A stretch of 64,000 bases of DNA from Utricularia gibba. Taxonomy: Eukaryota > Plantae > Magnoliophyta. The position numbers and the translations under genes are program-made. Shown here one piece after another: positions 41,186 to 54,999 of this stretch (position 1 is its first letter; each line of letters begins with the position of its first letter). The notes beneath the pieces were generated by a model, which was not told where the DNA came from, did no database searches, and saw only the letters and a program-made list of their open reading frames with translations. The stretch covers positions 2,232,001 through 2,296,000 of the forward strand of contig NEEC01000002.1 of the NCBI GenBank assembly GCA_002189035.1. Direction: 5' to 3'.

Positions 41186-41669
41186 TCAAAGGGAGAGGCC
41201 TGATTCCTCGTCTTCATCCAGGGAGGAGGTGTAGACGATGTAGAAAGACCAGATGAGTGCAAACACGCCGCCCAGAATCCACACCAGCAGATTGTTGCTC
41301 AGTCCGAAGGGAAGCCCGGTGCCCTCCGTGCTCAACCTCTCGTCCACGAGCGCCATGGCGGCGGCTGGGCTCCATGTCGCCGCCGCGGCAATCATCGCCG
41401 CCCCCAACTTGGCACCATCGCTTTCTTGCTTAGGCTTCTTGGCCTCCGCGGAGCATCGGGCTCTGCCTCCCTTGTATGGGGATGCCAAGGCTGAAAGTGT
41501 TTCAGTTTCATTCGCTTAAAAAAAAGGAAAAGAAAAACGAACAGCCTTATGGATACAGGGAGAAGAAGACTCTAACCGGAAACGGAGAGACCGCTGACTA
41601 GGGGGCCTTCCGGAGGACGATGGCGGCGCGTGGAATGGAGGTGGAGGCGCAGGTGGATATGGCTGCCAT
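41186..41669 (-). CDS. PSBW: Photosystem II reaction centre W protein (2 exons); apparent 1-bp frameshift in exon 1
   Basis: Mature protein [26 protein letters not shown]...[10 protein letters not shown] with an AMA thylakoid cleavage site. Exon 1 from ATG 41669 hits TAG unless one base is added to the G5 run at 41601-41605, which also restores the splice phase. Confidence 0.93.
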
Positions 41670-41872
41670 TTTCCGGTTTTCTGAACTGAGGGATGGGCTG
41701 GGCGGGGCGGGGGTGGATTAATATGCAACGCCAACCACACACCAAAGATCGCTTCTCATCTACCGAGGACCAATCTCATATCGCCACGTGTAATGACATC
41801 CCCTTCTAGCGATATATATTTAGATTAATTTAACAATAAGAAAACAAATATTTTTTTATTTGAAAAAACGCG

Positions 41873-43234
41873 TTACGTACGTGTTCGAAGCCTATTGGGA
41901 TTTCTGTTCGCATTCCGCTTCGTGAGCAGTGGGAATTCCGCCGCCTTCAAGTGTTCTCCGGGAAACTCAATCCAGAACTCTACATCCTCGTCGAGATCGG
42001 ACGCTACGATAAGCTCCACGACTTCCTTCTGCCTGGAGACATTTCTGCCGGCGCCTCTACTCATCAGAGTAGATTCATCAACTGCATTTGCAATGGCTAG
42101 CGTGCAGGCCAACGGCAACCTCTGTACGTACCCGAACGCGACGACCGCCACGAAACTCTCTCCGCAGCCAACCGTATCAACGATCTTCACCTGCGGCATA
42201 AGATCAAGGTGCTCGGAACTGCTTCTTCGATTGAAACGGATGGCGAAACGCCTTGAAAGATTGGAGTGGAGGTTAAGAATGGTGTAAGGAATCCTCTACC
42301 TTGAAACCAGGGGCACAAGATATACTTGAAAGTGTGATGATAACAGAACCACTGATTTTGTGCGTTTTCCATTGTTGAGCAGAGCCTCCCTGCCAAGGTG
42401 GGATCCTCTATGCCTGCGAGTGTTTACAGTCTGCAAGTAGTAGAAGGTACAGAGCATTGGATACGCACAAGAGTGGTTAGTTATGCTTCTTGTGGTTCTT
42501 CAAGTTCACTCCTCTTCAGAATTCAGCAGTAGAACGTCGCTGAACCGCAAGTATCTAAAGCCATTCGCTCCTCACGGCTTCCCGAGATCAATTCATCATA
42601 AGTCAAGTATCGGGATCACTCTGCTTCTCCATTTCAGCCATGCTTCTATCTCTTGACCGTTAAGTACATCCAGGAGGAAAGGGCCATAGACTTCATCACC
42701 AGCATGGCATATAGCAGCAGCAACAAGCATTCCTAATCTTGCTGCAGCAACAGCCATATCCCAGTCGCCGCCGGCTTCCCGGTGTTCCTATCTGCAGAGA
42801 TAAGAACCACCATTGCGCACATCACATCAAAACAGCGAGCTTTTCAATTCTGCTAACTGCAGATCACTTCAGATGACGACGAGAAGCACAAATGAAGTAT
42901 GCTCGAACTGCATTCCTAAAAGGACAAGGGGAAGGCTGATAACATGTGTAACAAAATTCAAGGAGGGAGACTTGGGAGAGTTTAAGTGCATTTCCCTTGG
43001 TACAAACGGATAAAAGGAACTCGGACGAGGGTAATTGTGTCATTTCAAGAGTTACGGATAATTGCCCTGCCGTATCCCCCGCCGTGCCGCCGCTTCAATG
43101 CCGAAAACGCCTTTGAAAATTCGAGGCAGCCGAACATTTTCCACTCTGTCGATCAGATGACTCTTCTGGTATGGGTTTGCAGCCTCTGCTTCTACGGAGA
43201 TACTTATGCGCCTTTTTCCCCCACTTTTGGTCAT
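41873..43234 (-). pseudogene. pfkB-family carbohydrate kinase pseudogene (plastid-type, At1g06730-like)
   Basis: Scattered fragments: TQLPSS, EAGGDWDMAVAAARLG...GDEVYGPFLLDVL, RFSDVLLLNSEE and VKIVDTVGCGESFVAVVAFGY...IANAV...GAGRNV. There are stops, deletions and frame breaks, and the catalytic Asp of GCGD is replaced by Glu. Confidence 0.8.
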
Positions 43235-43269
43235 CGTTTGGCGTCATTTTCTTGTAGGAAGTGTTTAAG

Positions 43270-45628
43270 ATGAAAAAGAATGATTCAGTCGATCCTTCGC
43301 AGTCACCGCCTCCTCCTGTTTGGTGGATTGAAACCTCGGATTCTATCTCTCACCACTTTCAGTTCGAACCCGACGGACAACTCCGCGTGAGTAGTTGACT
43401 AAGGTTTCCCGAAGCGTTTATTTACTATTGCTTATGTTAGTTGTTGGCGACAGTGTAATATACATTCGACTGTTCATTGCCATCTCGATATAAGCTAGAA
43501 TCGTTGTGGGTTTGCGGATGATGTAGGTCTTGCTTACGATATGGGTGCTTTGGTGCTTTGGTTGTTTTTCCGGTGAATGTTTCGATTGGTGAAGTTTAGT
43601 TTTCCGTCATGAAAGCTATCAATTTCAGGCGAAGATAGTCGCTGATACAAGACCAGCAGTGCAGAGGATTGGTGAATCGTTTTTGAATCAGTTCTTTCCC
43701 TCGGGTTATCCTTATAGGCAAGTGGCAGTTTTAGTTTTAATAAATATTCCTTTTCGGAACATTTTCATTGATGTTGAGTTGTGCCTTATGCATTTGCAGT
43801 GTGAGTGAAGGATATCTTACTTACACACGATATCGTGCCTTGCAACACTTCTCCAGTGCAGCTTTATCCGTATTGTCAACTCAGGTCCTCTTCTTTGATT
43901 GCCATTTCCTTTGTTCAGAGCTGAAAGACCACCTTCATGTGCTTTTATGTACTCAACTTACTCCACTATTCACTTACACCCTTTTAGTCACTTTTATTTG
44001 CTGCAGGCTTGCGACCTACACCTGCACAAGCAACTGCAGTTAGTTGGGTAATGATTCTATTCTCTCATAGGGTTTCCGGATCTTCTTTCATGTTTACATC
44101 GTAGATGCGAATGTTGTAACTGAATAGAGGGGTTTTTGGTTAGCCAGAGTTTCAAATGAATCGACTTGTGTGTAAGGCCTTTTACTTAAACAAGTACTGA
44201 AGGGCTTTGATGAACCCATGGTGGAAAATTTTCTTTGCCGTCGCAAACCAGTATGCAGGGTTTTTCAATGCTACATCTGGTTCCTGAAGTTCATTCTTTT
44301 AACTGATGCTCCATACTGTTGATCATGTGCAGATACTGAAAGATGGAATGCAACACGTTGGTAAGCTGATTTGCAGCAATTTGGGTGCAAGAATGGATTC
44401 GGAGCCTAAGTCATGGCGTATCTTTGGTCTGTATTTGGGAGCTCATGCCTTATTTTCATGCAGTTTGCTAACCATGCATATCTAATGGGCTTGGCTTTGC
44501 TGTTTTCAGCTGACATTCTGTACGACATGGGCACTGCTCTGGAAGTAGCATCCCCTTTGTGCCCGCAATTATTTCTTGAAATGGCTGGGCTTGGAAACTT
44601 TGCTAAAGTAAGATCAATACCATGAGTCCTCACATGAACATGGGATGATGGACGGTATGCTTTGTGTTGAAGATCTGTGGCTAACAGGTCAAAATTTGGT
44701 AGGGAATGGCAGTTGTCGCCGCAAGAGCAACACGGTTGCCAATATATTCTTCGTTCGCCAAGGAGGGTAACCTAAGCGACCTTTTTGCAAAAGGAGAAGC
44801 AATTTCAACTTTGTTCAATGTTCTCGGAATGGGACTAGGAATTCAATTGGCATCCACAGTTTGCTCTTCAATTCAGGGAAAGGTACCCCTCCCTTGTTGC
44901 TCAATCACTGCATTTCGAAGCCTGATTTACTACTGCTCTACCATGTAAAATATTACATAGGAGATCTGATGCTGATCATTTTCCAGTTACTCCTTGGACC
45001 CTTTCTATCCGTGGTTCATATTTACTGTGTTAGCGAAGAGATGCGTGCTACCCCCGTGAACACTCTAAATCCGCAGAGAACTGCAATGCTGGTGGCAGAG
45101 TTTGTCAAGGTTAACCATCCATGAGTTGCTTTCGTCTCTTCCCATTTCACTTCGTGACATGATGTTCATATCCATATGCAGAATGGTAAAATCTGCAGCC
45201 CTGCTGATCTGAGGTATAAAGAAGATCTTCTGTTCACCGGAAGACTTATTGACGAAGCCGGCAGAGTCAAAGTCGGGAGGCCTCTACACAAGGTCTTCAG
45301 ACCTTCAGAGCTACACACACTAGAAGAAGATTGCTTTCCCAATGAGAAGTTCATATTGCATCGGGGCACACAATGGATGGATATGATACTACACAAGAAT
45401 GCTAGCGGTGAAGACGCTTTGAGGGGATGGCTCGTGGCTGCTTATGCTGCCGAGATCGAGAAGCAAACGCCGGGAACTGCGTTGCCGGAGGCATACGAGA
45501 AGATGAACGATGCGTGCGGCGCTTTTGTGTCGGAGCTGCGGACCAAAGGGTGGCACACTGATCGGTTTCTTGATGGCAGTGGCTGCCGGTTTGATGCCTT
45601 GCTCTCTTCAAATGCGAAGTCTCTCTAG
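43270..45628 (+). CDS. RUS2: ROOT UVB SENSITIVE 2 / WEAK AUXIN RESPONSE 1 (DUF647), multi-exon
   Basis: WIETSDSISHHFQFEPDG, FFPSGYPYSVSEGYL, RALQHFSSAALSVLSTQSLLFAAGLRPTPAQAT, WILKDGMQHVGKLICS, AARATRLPIYSSFAKEGNLSD and KGWHTDRFLDG. All exons are in frame; intron 2 has a GC donor. Confidence 0.93.
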
Positions 45629-46153
45629 TGAAAGATGGAAGCTTGTGGGTGCTTTGGAATGATCCATTGTTTTAAAATATGGGGTTGGAGATTAATGAAT
45701 AAATGATGATTTAATTTATTTAAATAATTTTTTTTATTTTTTAAAAAATATTTTACAATATAACTAAAAATTATTATTTGATTTAATTTATTCTAAAAAA
45801 GTTTACTCTAAATTTATAATTTAAAAAACTGAATCATGTAATGATCATTGAATTGATGTTGCCATGTGATTTTTCCAAATGTTTCATAAAATTAATAATT
45901 ATTATAAATGCATGTATAAAATTACCCTTTTAATTCACAAAACAAACCCTAGCCTTTGAGTCTGACACTGCCCCCGGTCTTCTCTCCCAACAAAAGGTGT
46001 CGCCGTGTCTCAGTTGACGGGTTATTGGGCTACCCCTAATAGCCCATTAGGAAAGGATGTGATGAACTGGACTTTCAGGCCCAAGGGATAAAAGGGGGCT
46101 GGGGAAGGATGAATTGGACGACCGCCATTGAGGAGCGAAGCTTTTGCATTTCA

Positions 46154-47542
46154 ATGAGCATGTCGCGTTCGGTTCACTTCATCTCCAACAGTTTGCCTGG
46201 TAAGTGCATCTGCGGGTTTCGTTGTTTTTCGCTCAATTTTGGATTCTGATAATGTCGGTCTTGCTGTGAAATTGAACCTTATCTGTTTCCTTTAATGCTT
46301 CTCGTTTTTGCTATCTCGTCTTTGCCATATCCCTGTTCCAACGAAAAGCGCCCTTACTCTGGCTGTCGCGTTTATGCGGGTTGCTAGTGGTTAATGTGCT
46401 GAAAATTTGGGATTTCATTTTTCCCTTGGACAAGCAAATTGGTGTTGGAATTTGCCGAAAAAAGCACTGCAATAGGCTGTTTCTGTTTTCTTGTGCTCCT
46501 TTTTTTTTGTTTTAATGTAGGATTTGTGCTTGCAGATTGTACCTGTCTACCCACATCAGGAACTTGTTCGAAAACTGTCACGGTAGCGCCCAAGTCTCTC
46601 AGAGGTGTATATGGGCATGTTTTCAGAGTGAAATTGTCTGTGAGATGTGCTTCGAATAGACAGTCTTCTGAGGGTTATGCAAATTCTGGTAGTAATCGGA
46701 GAAATCCTGACTTCTCGAGGTCAAACAAGAATGGGTTCTCTCGGAGTTGGAATAGACACAATGTAGAGAAGGGGGATTTTGAGGAACCTGAAAATTTGTA
46801 TACCTCTAGAAATGGCCCTCTTCTTTCATTTACAGGTAGTAGGAAATCTCCAGCAACTGCAGCTCCTGGTCCTCGGGAGAAAGAGATCATCGAACTATTC
46901 CGCAAGGTGCAGGCTCAGCTTCGTGAGAGAGCAGTTGTGAAAGAAGAGAGGAAAGTGGAAGAATCCCAAACAAAAAACAAAGAGAGTGAGCATGTGGATT
47001 CCCTTCTCCGGCTTTTGCGGAAACATTCGGTTCAGCAAAAGAGAGATGTCGCCACTGCTAATGAGGACTTCATTCTGGAAGACAATAATGAGTCTCCCCC
47101 ACATGTAGAGGAGCCAAGAATGACCAGTTCGGACTCTGATAATGAGTTGAGGGAGGAGAACAAGGTAGTGAAGCATACCAGGCCGAAATCAAACTTCCAG
47201 AAAAGATCTCCGGTGCCACGGATCAAATTCCACCAGCCTGATAACTCTGCTGTTTCCATCACTGAGAGGAGTACTGAGATGGGGAAAAAGACAGGTTTGC
47301 CATTAGAAAATGATGAAATCGGGGAAGTTGAATCTGATCCTGAGATGGATGTGGATGTGGATCCCTTCGACGATATTGCAGAGCTTGAAGTTTCTGAAAT
47401 GTACGAGAATGAGGAATATGACATAGCTGACCAAGTGAACGGAATGAAGCTTACCGAACTGAGAGCTCTTGCCAAGTCCCGTGGCTTGAAGGGATACACA
47501 AAATTGAAAAAGAGTCAGCTTATCGAATTGTTGAGTGAGTAG
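46154..47542 (+). CDS. RHON1: Plastid Rho-N domain RNA-binding protein RHON1-like (exons 46154-46199, 46521-47542)
   Basis: RRNPDFSRSNK, SRNGPLL, ATAAPGPREKEIIELFRKVQAQLRER, VDSLLRLLRKHS, and C-terminal Rho-N motif MKLTELRALAKSRGLKGYTKLKKSQLIELL. Confidence 0.9.
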
Positions 47543-47996
47543 TTCATCAGGTAGCGCCACCTTTTTTAATTAGAAGCTGGTTTTTTGTATCTGACTTTTA
47601 TGCATCTTCTTCAAGATTTTGCCAATCTCATCATCAAGATTTCCTGCTATTGCTCCTGCTCGTCCTTTCTGCTAGCTGAATATTGTGAATTGTGCATAGC
47701 TTTAAGGCTTTTCTCATGACAAGAGGACCTTTTCAACACCTAATATCCACTAAACAGCTCTCTCATGGCATGGAGTTGCATATTTGGAGTAATTGTTCTT
47801 TCCTAGCAGTTGCAGTTGTGCGTTTAAGATCATGATGCATCATTTCCAAGCTTCCCTACCCGTGTCAACACCTGAAGTACCAAAGCAGAGAAGTCACATA
47901 AGGATTGAATCTAAACTTGCAAAATTTGTAGTCTTTCATGAGCCGCTCACTCCCACAAACAAAACAAAGTCAGTGGATCAAGTCTTCAAGTGACTC

Positions 47997-50900
47997 TCAA
48001 GAAGATTTCAACTTGGAAGACGAAGGGGCTACTGCAGCTGCTGCAAGGTGCGATAGAGTCTTGTGTCCCACCAGCAACAAGAACGCTCCGATGAGGCCAA
48101 GCGCCTTCAACGTCGTGAACAGATCCAACTGTAGATAAATGAAGCGTCGTGGTGTCAACAAAGCAAGTTTACTATGTCTATTTACCCTGGACCTGGATGA
48201 GTGTTACCTTGGTCCAGAACGCGACATACAGCAGAAGAACAGCGGCAATGGCGACATGGAAGAGAAGCGCAAATACTGCTGAGACAGTTGTCTCGGGGAA
48301 GCCCCTGATGTTGGCACCAAGCCCCAAAGACTGCAGAGAAAGCATAACAAGTATGGAAAAGCGACAGGATAGAATGAAGGGAGAGGAGAGGGTGGAGAAG
48401 GCATGTACCGCTGCAACCAAGAAACCGAGGAAGGGTATGATCACCAATGCCAAGAAGATGTTAGAAAGCCAGGAAGGTGCTGTCTTCTCCGGAGCCCGGA
48501 ATAGGTGAGTTATTTCTGGTTTGGGTCCGTATCTGGAGTAAAGGTCCACACGTTGAGGAGGTGGCCGGGGTGCTTTTTCCGGCGCATCCGGAAGATCCAG
48601 GTCAATGTAACCCAGAGGTTGGAGGAGGGAATTCTCCTGCAGCAGAGGAAATTTAGCAGATGGACAGTTCCAAAGAATGCGACTTTCTTTCAGATGCAAT
48701 TACCATTACAGAGTCCCCCAGTGTAAGCTGAATTTCGTATCGACCGGAGAGATAAAACAGCTTCTCAACCAGCCCAGAAAATCCTGTAACGCCATTAAAA
48801 AAACCAGCCAAGTTTCACTGCCAGCACAGACTCAGAATGCGGTAACAAATCTAAAAGATATTTTGAACTTGTAATCGAAGTTAGAGTAGAACTTAACTAG
48901 AACAATCTCGAACTTCTTCTTGGAGCTCCCGACCAGAAAAATGTGTTCAACTCCACTCTCGTGTATCAGTTTCAAGAATGCCTGGATAGAACATTGCAGT
49001 GATGATAAGACCATTGTCATGACATTACAGTTCCAGGTCTAGAAAACAGGCTTTTCTAACCTGCTTAGGCCAGAAAGCATTTTGAGAGGGAGTGCTCAAG
49101 TGAAAGGACAACCTCAACTTCTGCAGGTGATTAGCAGATAAAGCAATGGCATTCTCTCTGTGTAAGTCTAGCCTGAAATACAAAATGGAGAAAACTGAAC
49201 TCTGTTAACTATTATATTTTCTGAACATTTTAGACCCAGAATTTTGTTCATTCCAAAAACAGAAAGTTGTAAAAGATATGAACAAGAAACCGGAAAAGTT
49301 GATGAACACATGATCTAAGTAAAACTAAGCGTGAGTAGGAAAATATACGTTATGGACTCAGAGCTCCCACTATCACTGTCAAGAATTGTGATGTCAGCAT
49401 TGTGAATCCTAACAACTCCAGTTATATAAATAGGTACTTTAGTACGGCCTCCAGTAACATAGTTTCTCTTTTCTTCAGGATCATCAAACGTAATCTATGC
49501 AATTCATGATATTAGAGCATGAGGACAGAGACAGTGATTTTCCTTTAAGCTATTAGAGGAAGATGGCCAGGAGAAACACAAGTACCTCAAAGGAGAAAAC
49601 ATAGCTTCCAATATCAATACTCAAGGGTAACGTTTCCAAGACATGCACCTCATTTTCAGGGTCATACTTCAGCTTCTACTCGAGGAGGTTAAAGTTCATA
49701 TGGATTCAGGAAGAGATAAACGTGAAAGAAGGATCTAAAAGACAATTTCTCAGCTTGAAAAACGTCTAAAAATATACATGCATACCTGATCAGTGACAGA
49801 ACCATCTTTAGAGTCCTGTGTGAAAATCTGTGCGAGTTTGATCGACAGATTTGGAACCACAGATCCTAAGACTGTGGTAGCTTTAACCTAAAAAAAAAAG
49901 ACAACATAATCATCCTAACTGCTACAAGGCTAAACAACGTAAATAATACAGAGAAAACAAGAAAAAAGAGAAAATCAGGAAAAGGTATGGACCTTGACTT
50001 GACCATTCCTGTTAGTTGAAATAACAGTGGCCGGAAATGACAATATTAAAGGAACGGATCCCCTAGGAAAAACAGAAATCAGGTGTCAGAATTGGAGGGT
50101 GCAGCAAAGCGATATTCGAGAACAGAATATCCCAACACTTACTTTATGTTGTTGATGCAAGCCAGAGCATCAATCTGGTAATACAAATCCTTGGCACGTC
50201 CAGGAACTCCAATGCCAAGAAAGAACTTAGCCAATCCCAGAATCTTCTCGTCTGAAAGCTGCATCCATAAAATATTGTTTAGTCACAACCTAAAGTAAAT
50301 TGACATGATTAACGAACTGTGCCATAAAAAAATGTTCCAAAAACACACGTGTAAACTTTCAGGAGTGACTGCAGCAAATGCAGCGATTCCACGAACTACT
50401 GCAGCTGAGACCGAAAGAGGACTCTGATTCCCATGTGCATCAACAAGTCTTTCCACAAAGTAATAGGATCCATCATCTGATAACCGACAAAGAATTTTGT
50501 ATTGACAGCAATGCAAAATAAACATAAGGATTATTCAAAAATATCTGGAGTTGGAAGGGGAAAAAGTCTACATAGCAGAGAAAAAAATGGTATACCGTAT
50601 CTTTCAATTCCATCAAGAAGCTTTACAATATCATTTTTCAAAGCAGCAACCTAACATTGGAGGATAGTGAGAATGGAGAAAAAAGTAACTTATAGAGACA
50701 AGAGGAAAAAGACACACCAAGTTTTGATCGATTTCAGAATTTGATAAGGAAATAACTCCAGCAATGGCTTCAATAGCCATACCTGAAAATATGTGAATGT
50801 ATCAAAGAACAGTGGCATGAGAATGAATTGTGCATGAAAGGAACGATGGTGCTAACTGAATATGAAATGAAAACGCATGTGTGACTCAGAAAATGCATCC

Positions 50901-52138
50901 ATTACCAGCTGCATCAAACCTGGACTCTGGGTTGTTTGAATTGAGGCGCCACCTACCATCACTCTGACTGAGAGCCTGTCAATAGCTGACGAGTTATTCG
51001 CATAAAAGTCCACACAGAGTCAATACTTTAAGAGCCAAATAAGAGTTACCTTTACAGACTGGGCAATTGTGTCGGCATCTGCTTCATTTAGATACACTTC
51101 AGGAGTATGATCCTGCAAAATAAGTGGGAAATATTTAACATAAAGAAAAAAAAAACATGTCTATGGTGAGCGAGCCAGCATATAAGAAACCATTTTCAAC
51201 ACCAAGTTAAACAATATAAAGAATACATGTGGATGGTAGGCGTAATACAAAATGAAGTTACCTTTAGTAGAACCAAACTTCCAATAGCATAGTAAAAGTC
51301 CAGGAGTGCGCTGGCACCATGCAGCGAATCTATAAGTCCGGATTGAATTCCCTAGAGATCAAACGACATGGCCAGAAGATAAAATCTTTGCATCCAGTAC
51401 ATTTGCTCCCAGATACAGAAAAGTGAAATCAATGTGGGCATAAGTCCACATACCAGAAAAGCCTCGTTATGGATTTCACAATTCAACAAGCTGTCAATTC
51501 TTAAAGCATGAAACAAAGGCTTTGAGTCTGAACTTGGGGACTTCAAAGTTTCAAGTACAGAAGCACATGCAGAAGTTCTGATATCAGGACCTTTTTCAAC
51601 CCCAAGAACCTGAAACGTCCTTAGTGCCTCATATGTCTCCTCCAAGCTGGAAATCATATCAAAGTAGGAATACAATTATACCTAAGAAAAATGCAGAATG
51701 GCAGAGTATGCCATTTTAAATCGTACATTTAAGCCAAAATGCTCAAACAACTTAAATGAGATCTTTTTTCAAAAAAAAAAAAAAAAGGTCATACAAGCGT
51801 AGACATCTTCAAGATCATGAGCATTCAATAACGAATCAAAACGAGACACCCCTTAAGTAGCTGTTGAACAAAAGAATCTCATTTTTCACTAGAAGCCAAT
51901 CTATCTTCTCGAAGGATCCAACACTACTATGCCACCTTGGGAAAAAAATGCAGTTTACATTGGATGAATGAAACCACACATTTTAAAAAAAAGACCTTCC
52001 TAAATGCCCATCCACGGAAGCAAATAACTCCAATGCGGCAGATCGATGCTGTTCCGACACTGGGTGAAAGATCTTCGATTCGCTGCCCCAAGCCAAGGCA
52101 CAAAACACAACAATCACAAGACAAATATTCCTTTCCAT
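47997..52138 (-). CDS. RPN2: Oligosaccharyltransferase subunit 2 (ribophorin II, RPN2/HAP6), many exons
   Basis: Signal peptide [32 protein letters not shown]|[35 protein letters not shown] and three C-terminal TM helices ending [11 protein letters not shown]...KLKSS*. Confidence 0.9.
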
Positions 52139-52757
52139 TTGCATAAAAGCCGTCGGCATAAATCACAACCCCAATTCTTCACAGAAGAAAACCCACACAC
52201 AGTGGGGCTCCAAAACTTCCCAGTCCCCGTTTCAGCGACCGCACCAAGAACGCCCTGGTCCGAACGGAGATGCTGAGTCAACGAAGGTGACGTAATATTG
52301 ATTCCCTATTTTACCCCCAGTAAGCAAGCCCAACCGCTTACATTTTACGGGCTATTTTTGGTAGATCATCCATAATGCCAGGCCCTATTCATGCTAAAAT
52401 TATCCACTCGATTTTTTTTAAATCAAATGAAAATAAAAATAAATCTGATTTCTAAAATAATTAGAAAATGTATTTTTAAACAGTAACTTAAATATTTAAA
52501 AAATAATTAAAATTATTGAATCCAATCCATTATTAAAAAAGTTAATATAAATTCATAATTAAATTGAAAAATAAATTTAATTTATATTTTGGAAGACTGG
52601 GCCATCGGATATTTACGGCCCGATAGCATATTCGGATCAAGGCAGGAAACCCGCAAAGATTGCTTCTCTTCGACGTTGCTGCGGGAAGACGGAAGACCAA
52701 AACAGCGGCGTCCTCCATCCGAAATACTGAATTCAGAGCTTCGAAACGCAATACGTG

Positions 52758-54155
52758 ATGTCGTTTGAAGACGATGAGGAGACCTTCGAGCACACTCTCC
52801 TCGTGGTGCGGGAGGTATCCGTTTATAAGATCCCGCCGCGGTCAACCAGCGGCGGCTACAAGTGCGGCGAGTGGCTCCAGTCCGACAAGATCTGGTCCGG
52901 TAGACTTCGCGTGGTTTCCTGCGGCATCAGATGCGAGATCCGGTTGGAAGACCCAAATGCAGGGGAACTATTCGCGGCCTGCTTCTTCAACCCCGGGCAA
53001 AGGGAAGCGGCGGTGGAGTCTGTGCTGGATTCGTCTAGATACTTCGTGCTCAGGATCGAGGATGGGCGTGGAAAACACGCTTTTATAGGGTTAGGGTTCA
53101 ATGAGAGAAACGAGGCGTTTGATTTCAATGTTGCCTTGTCGGATCACGAGAAGTATGTGAAGAGGGAAGGCGAGAAAGATGATGTTGCAGGGAGCTACGA
53201 TGGCGCCGATCAGGGGCACATTGATATTCATCCTGCAGTTAATCACAGACTCAAGGTGATCCCCTTTGTCGACTTTACTGCATTTTGCCCACTTTAATTG
53301 AATTTGGGGATGAGTGATGATAGTACATACCATATTGAAAGCACGTTGAGTTGTCTTCCTTGATTTCACTGAAGGAGTAACCAAAAATGTGTACATCTGT
53401 AGGACACTTGTTAGTTCATACATTTCTACTGATCTACTAGGTCCAAGTGCTTTGACACACTGCAAAGCTTCATTCTTGCCTTTTCGCATTTTTTTAACCT
53501 TTGAGGCAATAAAAATGCTAACTTTTGTCGGCGGTCCTTAGGAAGGAGAAACCATTCGAATAAGTGTGGTAAACAAGCCATCAACTGGAACGGGCATGCT
53601 TTCTGCTGCAGGATTGTCTGGTGGTGTTTCTGGAACTGGGAAACCAAAAGCACTCGGTCTTGCTCCCCCGCCGAGTGGGTCTGCCAAAATTAGGTCTCCA
53701 CTTCCTCCACCCCCGAACGATCATGCTGTAGCTAGGATGGCTACTCATAACCATGATTCTGCTAGCATGGCCAACAAAAAGTCAAATACCCCTTTATCTG
53801 ATCTATCCGAACTTGAGGTACTGGTTACTCCGCTTCTCTGTTTCCCTTACATCCTAACTGTGATGGGTATGGTGGCGTATCTGGATATAAAATCAAGTGT
53901 GGCTCTTGATGTAGATGAAGATACAGTCTTTCTGTGTTAATATGGCCAAAGTAAACCTTAGTTCTTACTTCTCAACGTGGAACCAATGAAATTTAGCTTC
54001 CCTTTGTGGCCTGTGTCTCCTTGTCTACTTTCTGATTGAGCGTTTGAAATCCATAAAAATCTCTCCTCATCCCAGTTCTTTGTTATATACAGAAAAACCT
54101 TCCAACCGCATCATCAGCAGCCAAAACCTCCGCTTCAGGCTGGGCAGCATTTTAA
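52758..54155 (+). CDS. Adaptin-ear-binding coat-associated protein (NECAP-like), 3 exons (52758-53255, 53542-53817, 54093-54155)
   Basis: PHear domain FEHTLLVVREVSVYKIPPR...DSSRYFVLRIEDGRGKHAFIGLGFNERNEAFDFNVALSDH, LKEGETIRISV, LAPPP and terminal SGWAAF* WxxF motif. Confidence 0.92.
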
Positions 54156-54999
54156 AGACAAGGTGCTCTGTCATTGCTGGGATGCTCAAGAATTGTTTAC
54201 TCGCTGTGTAACATCTCTTTGAATGTAACCTTCTGTCTACCTTTTCAAGCTATGCTTGTTTTCCTCTAGAATTTAGCAAACATGTATACTATCCAAAAGC
54301 ATCTTCCAGAAAAAAGCCAACACTTGCAGTTAGTAACTACATTCCCTTCAGGACCTAACCTCAAAATCAACGCCACTGAGACCAAAACACGGTTCCCGAA
54401 AGCTAATGCATCACTACTGACAGTTAAACTCCGCCAAGGAAAAAAGTACATGTTCAGCTAAGCATATCATCGAACACCTGCCACGCAAGCTTTTTATTAG
54501 GCAGCAAAACACAGACGAGAGCCCAGAACTCCAAGATCAAACGACGCCGACACCACGAGCAGTGTACAAAAGCACACGAATAACCAACCACCCTACGTAA
54601 AAAACACAGAGCATAACCTCACCGTCCTCCTCCATTCCAGCCCCGGCAGACCCAATCCGCACTAGTTCCGTGCAGTGCATGAATTGTAATTAAAAAACAA
54701 TGAATCCGCATTTAAAATATTATACGTTAATTATACCCTAATTAACTCATGCTAATTGCCGTAGCAATATTATAATCACAATTAAAGTTCAAGCCACGTG
54801 TCATAAACACGTGTCTATTTATTTAATTGTTATTTATTTATAATAGACATGCAATTTTGAAATGCAAGAAACAAGATCCTGAGTACGAGTTAAAAGGTAC
54901 GGCATGTCCCAGGTAGTCGAGTATAGGTATAAGATTGGATTGCGGTGACAGGAAATGACGAACGTACCCTTGGAGTTTTCGGAGTACCTTCTTTGCCAC

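Noticed and set aside
46439-46520. GTG-started N-terminal extension of RHON1 in the ORF track
   Set aside because: It lies in intron 1. The real exon 1 is 46154-46199 with a GT donor and a phase-compatible TAG acceptor at 46520.
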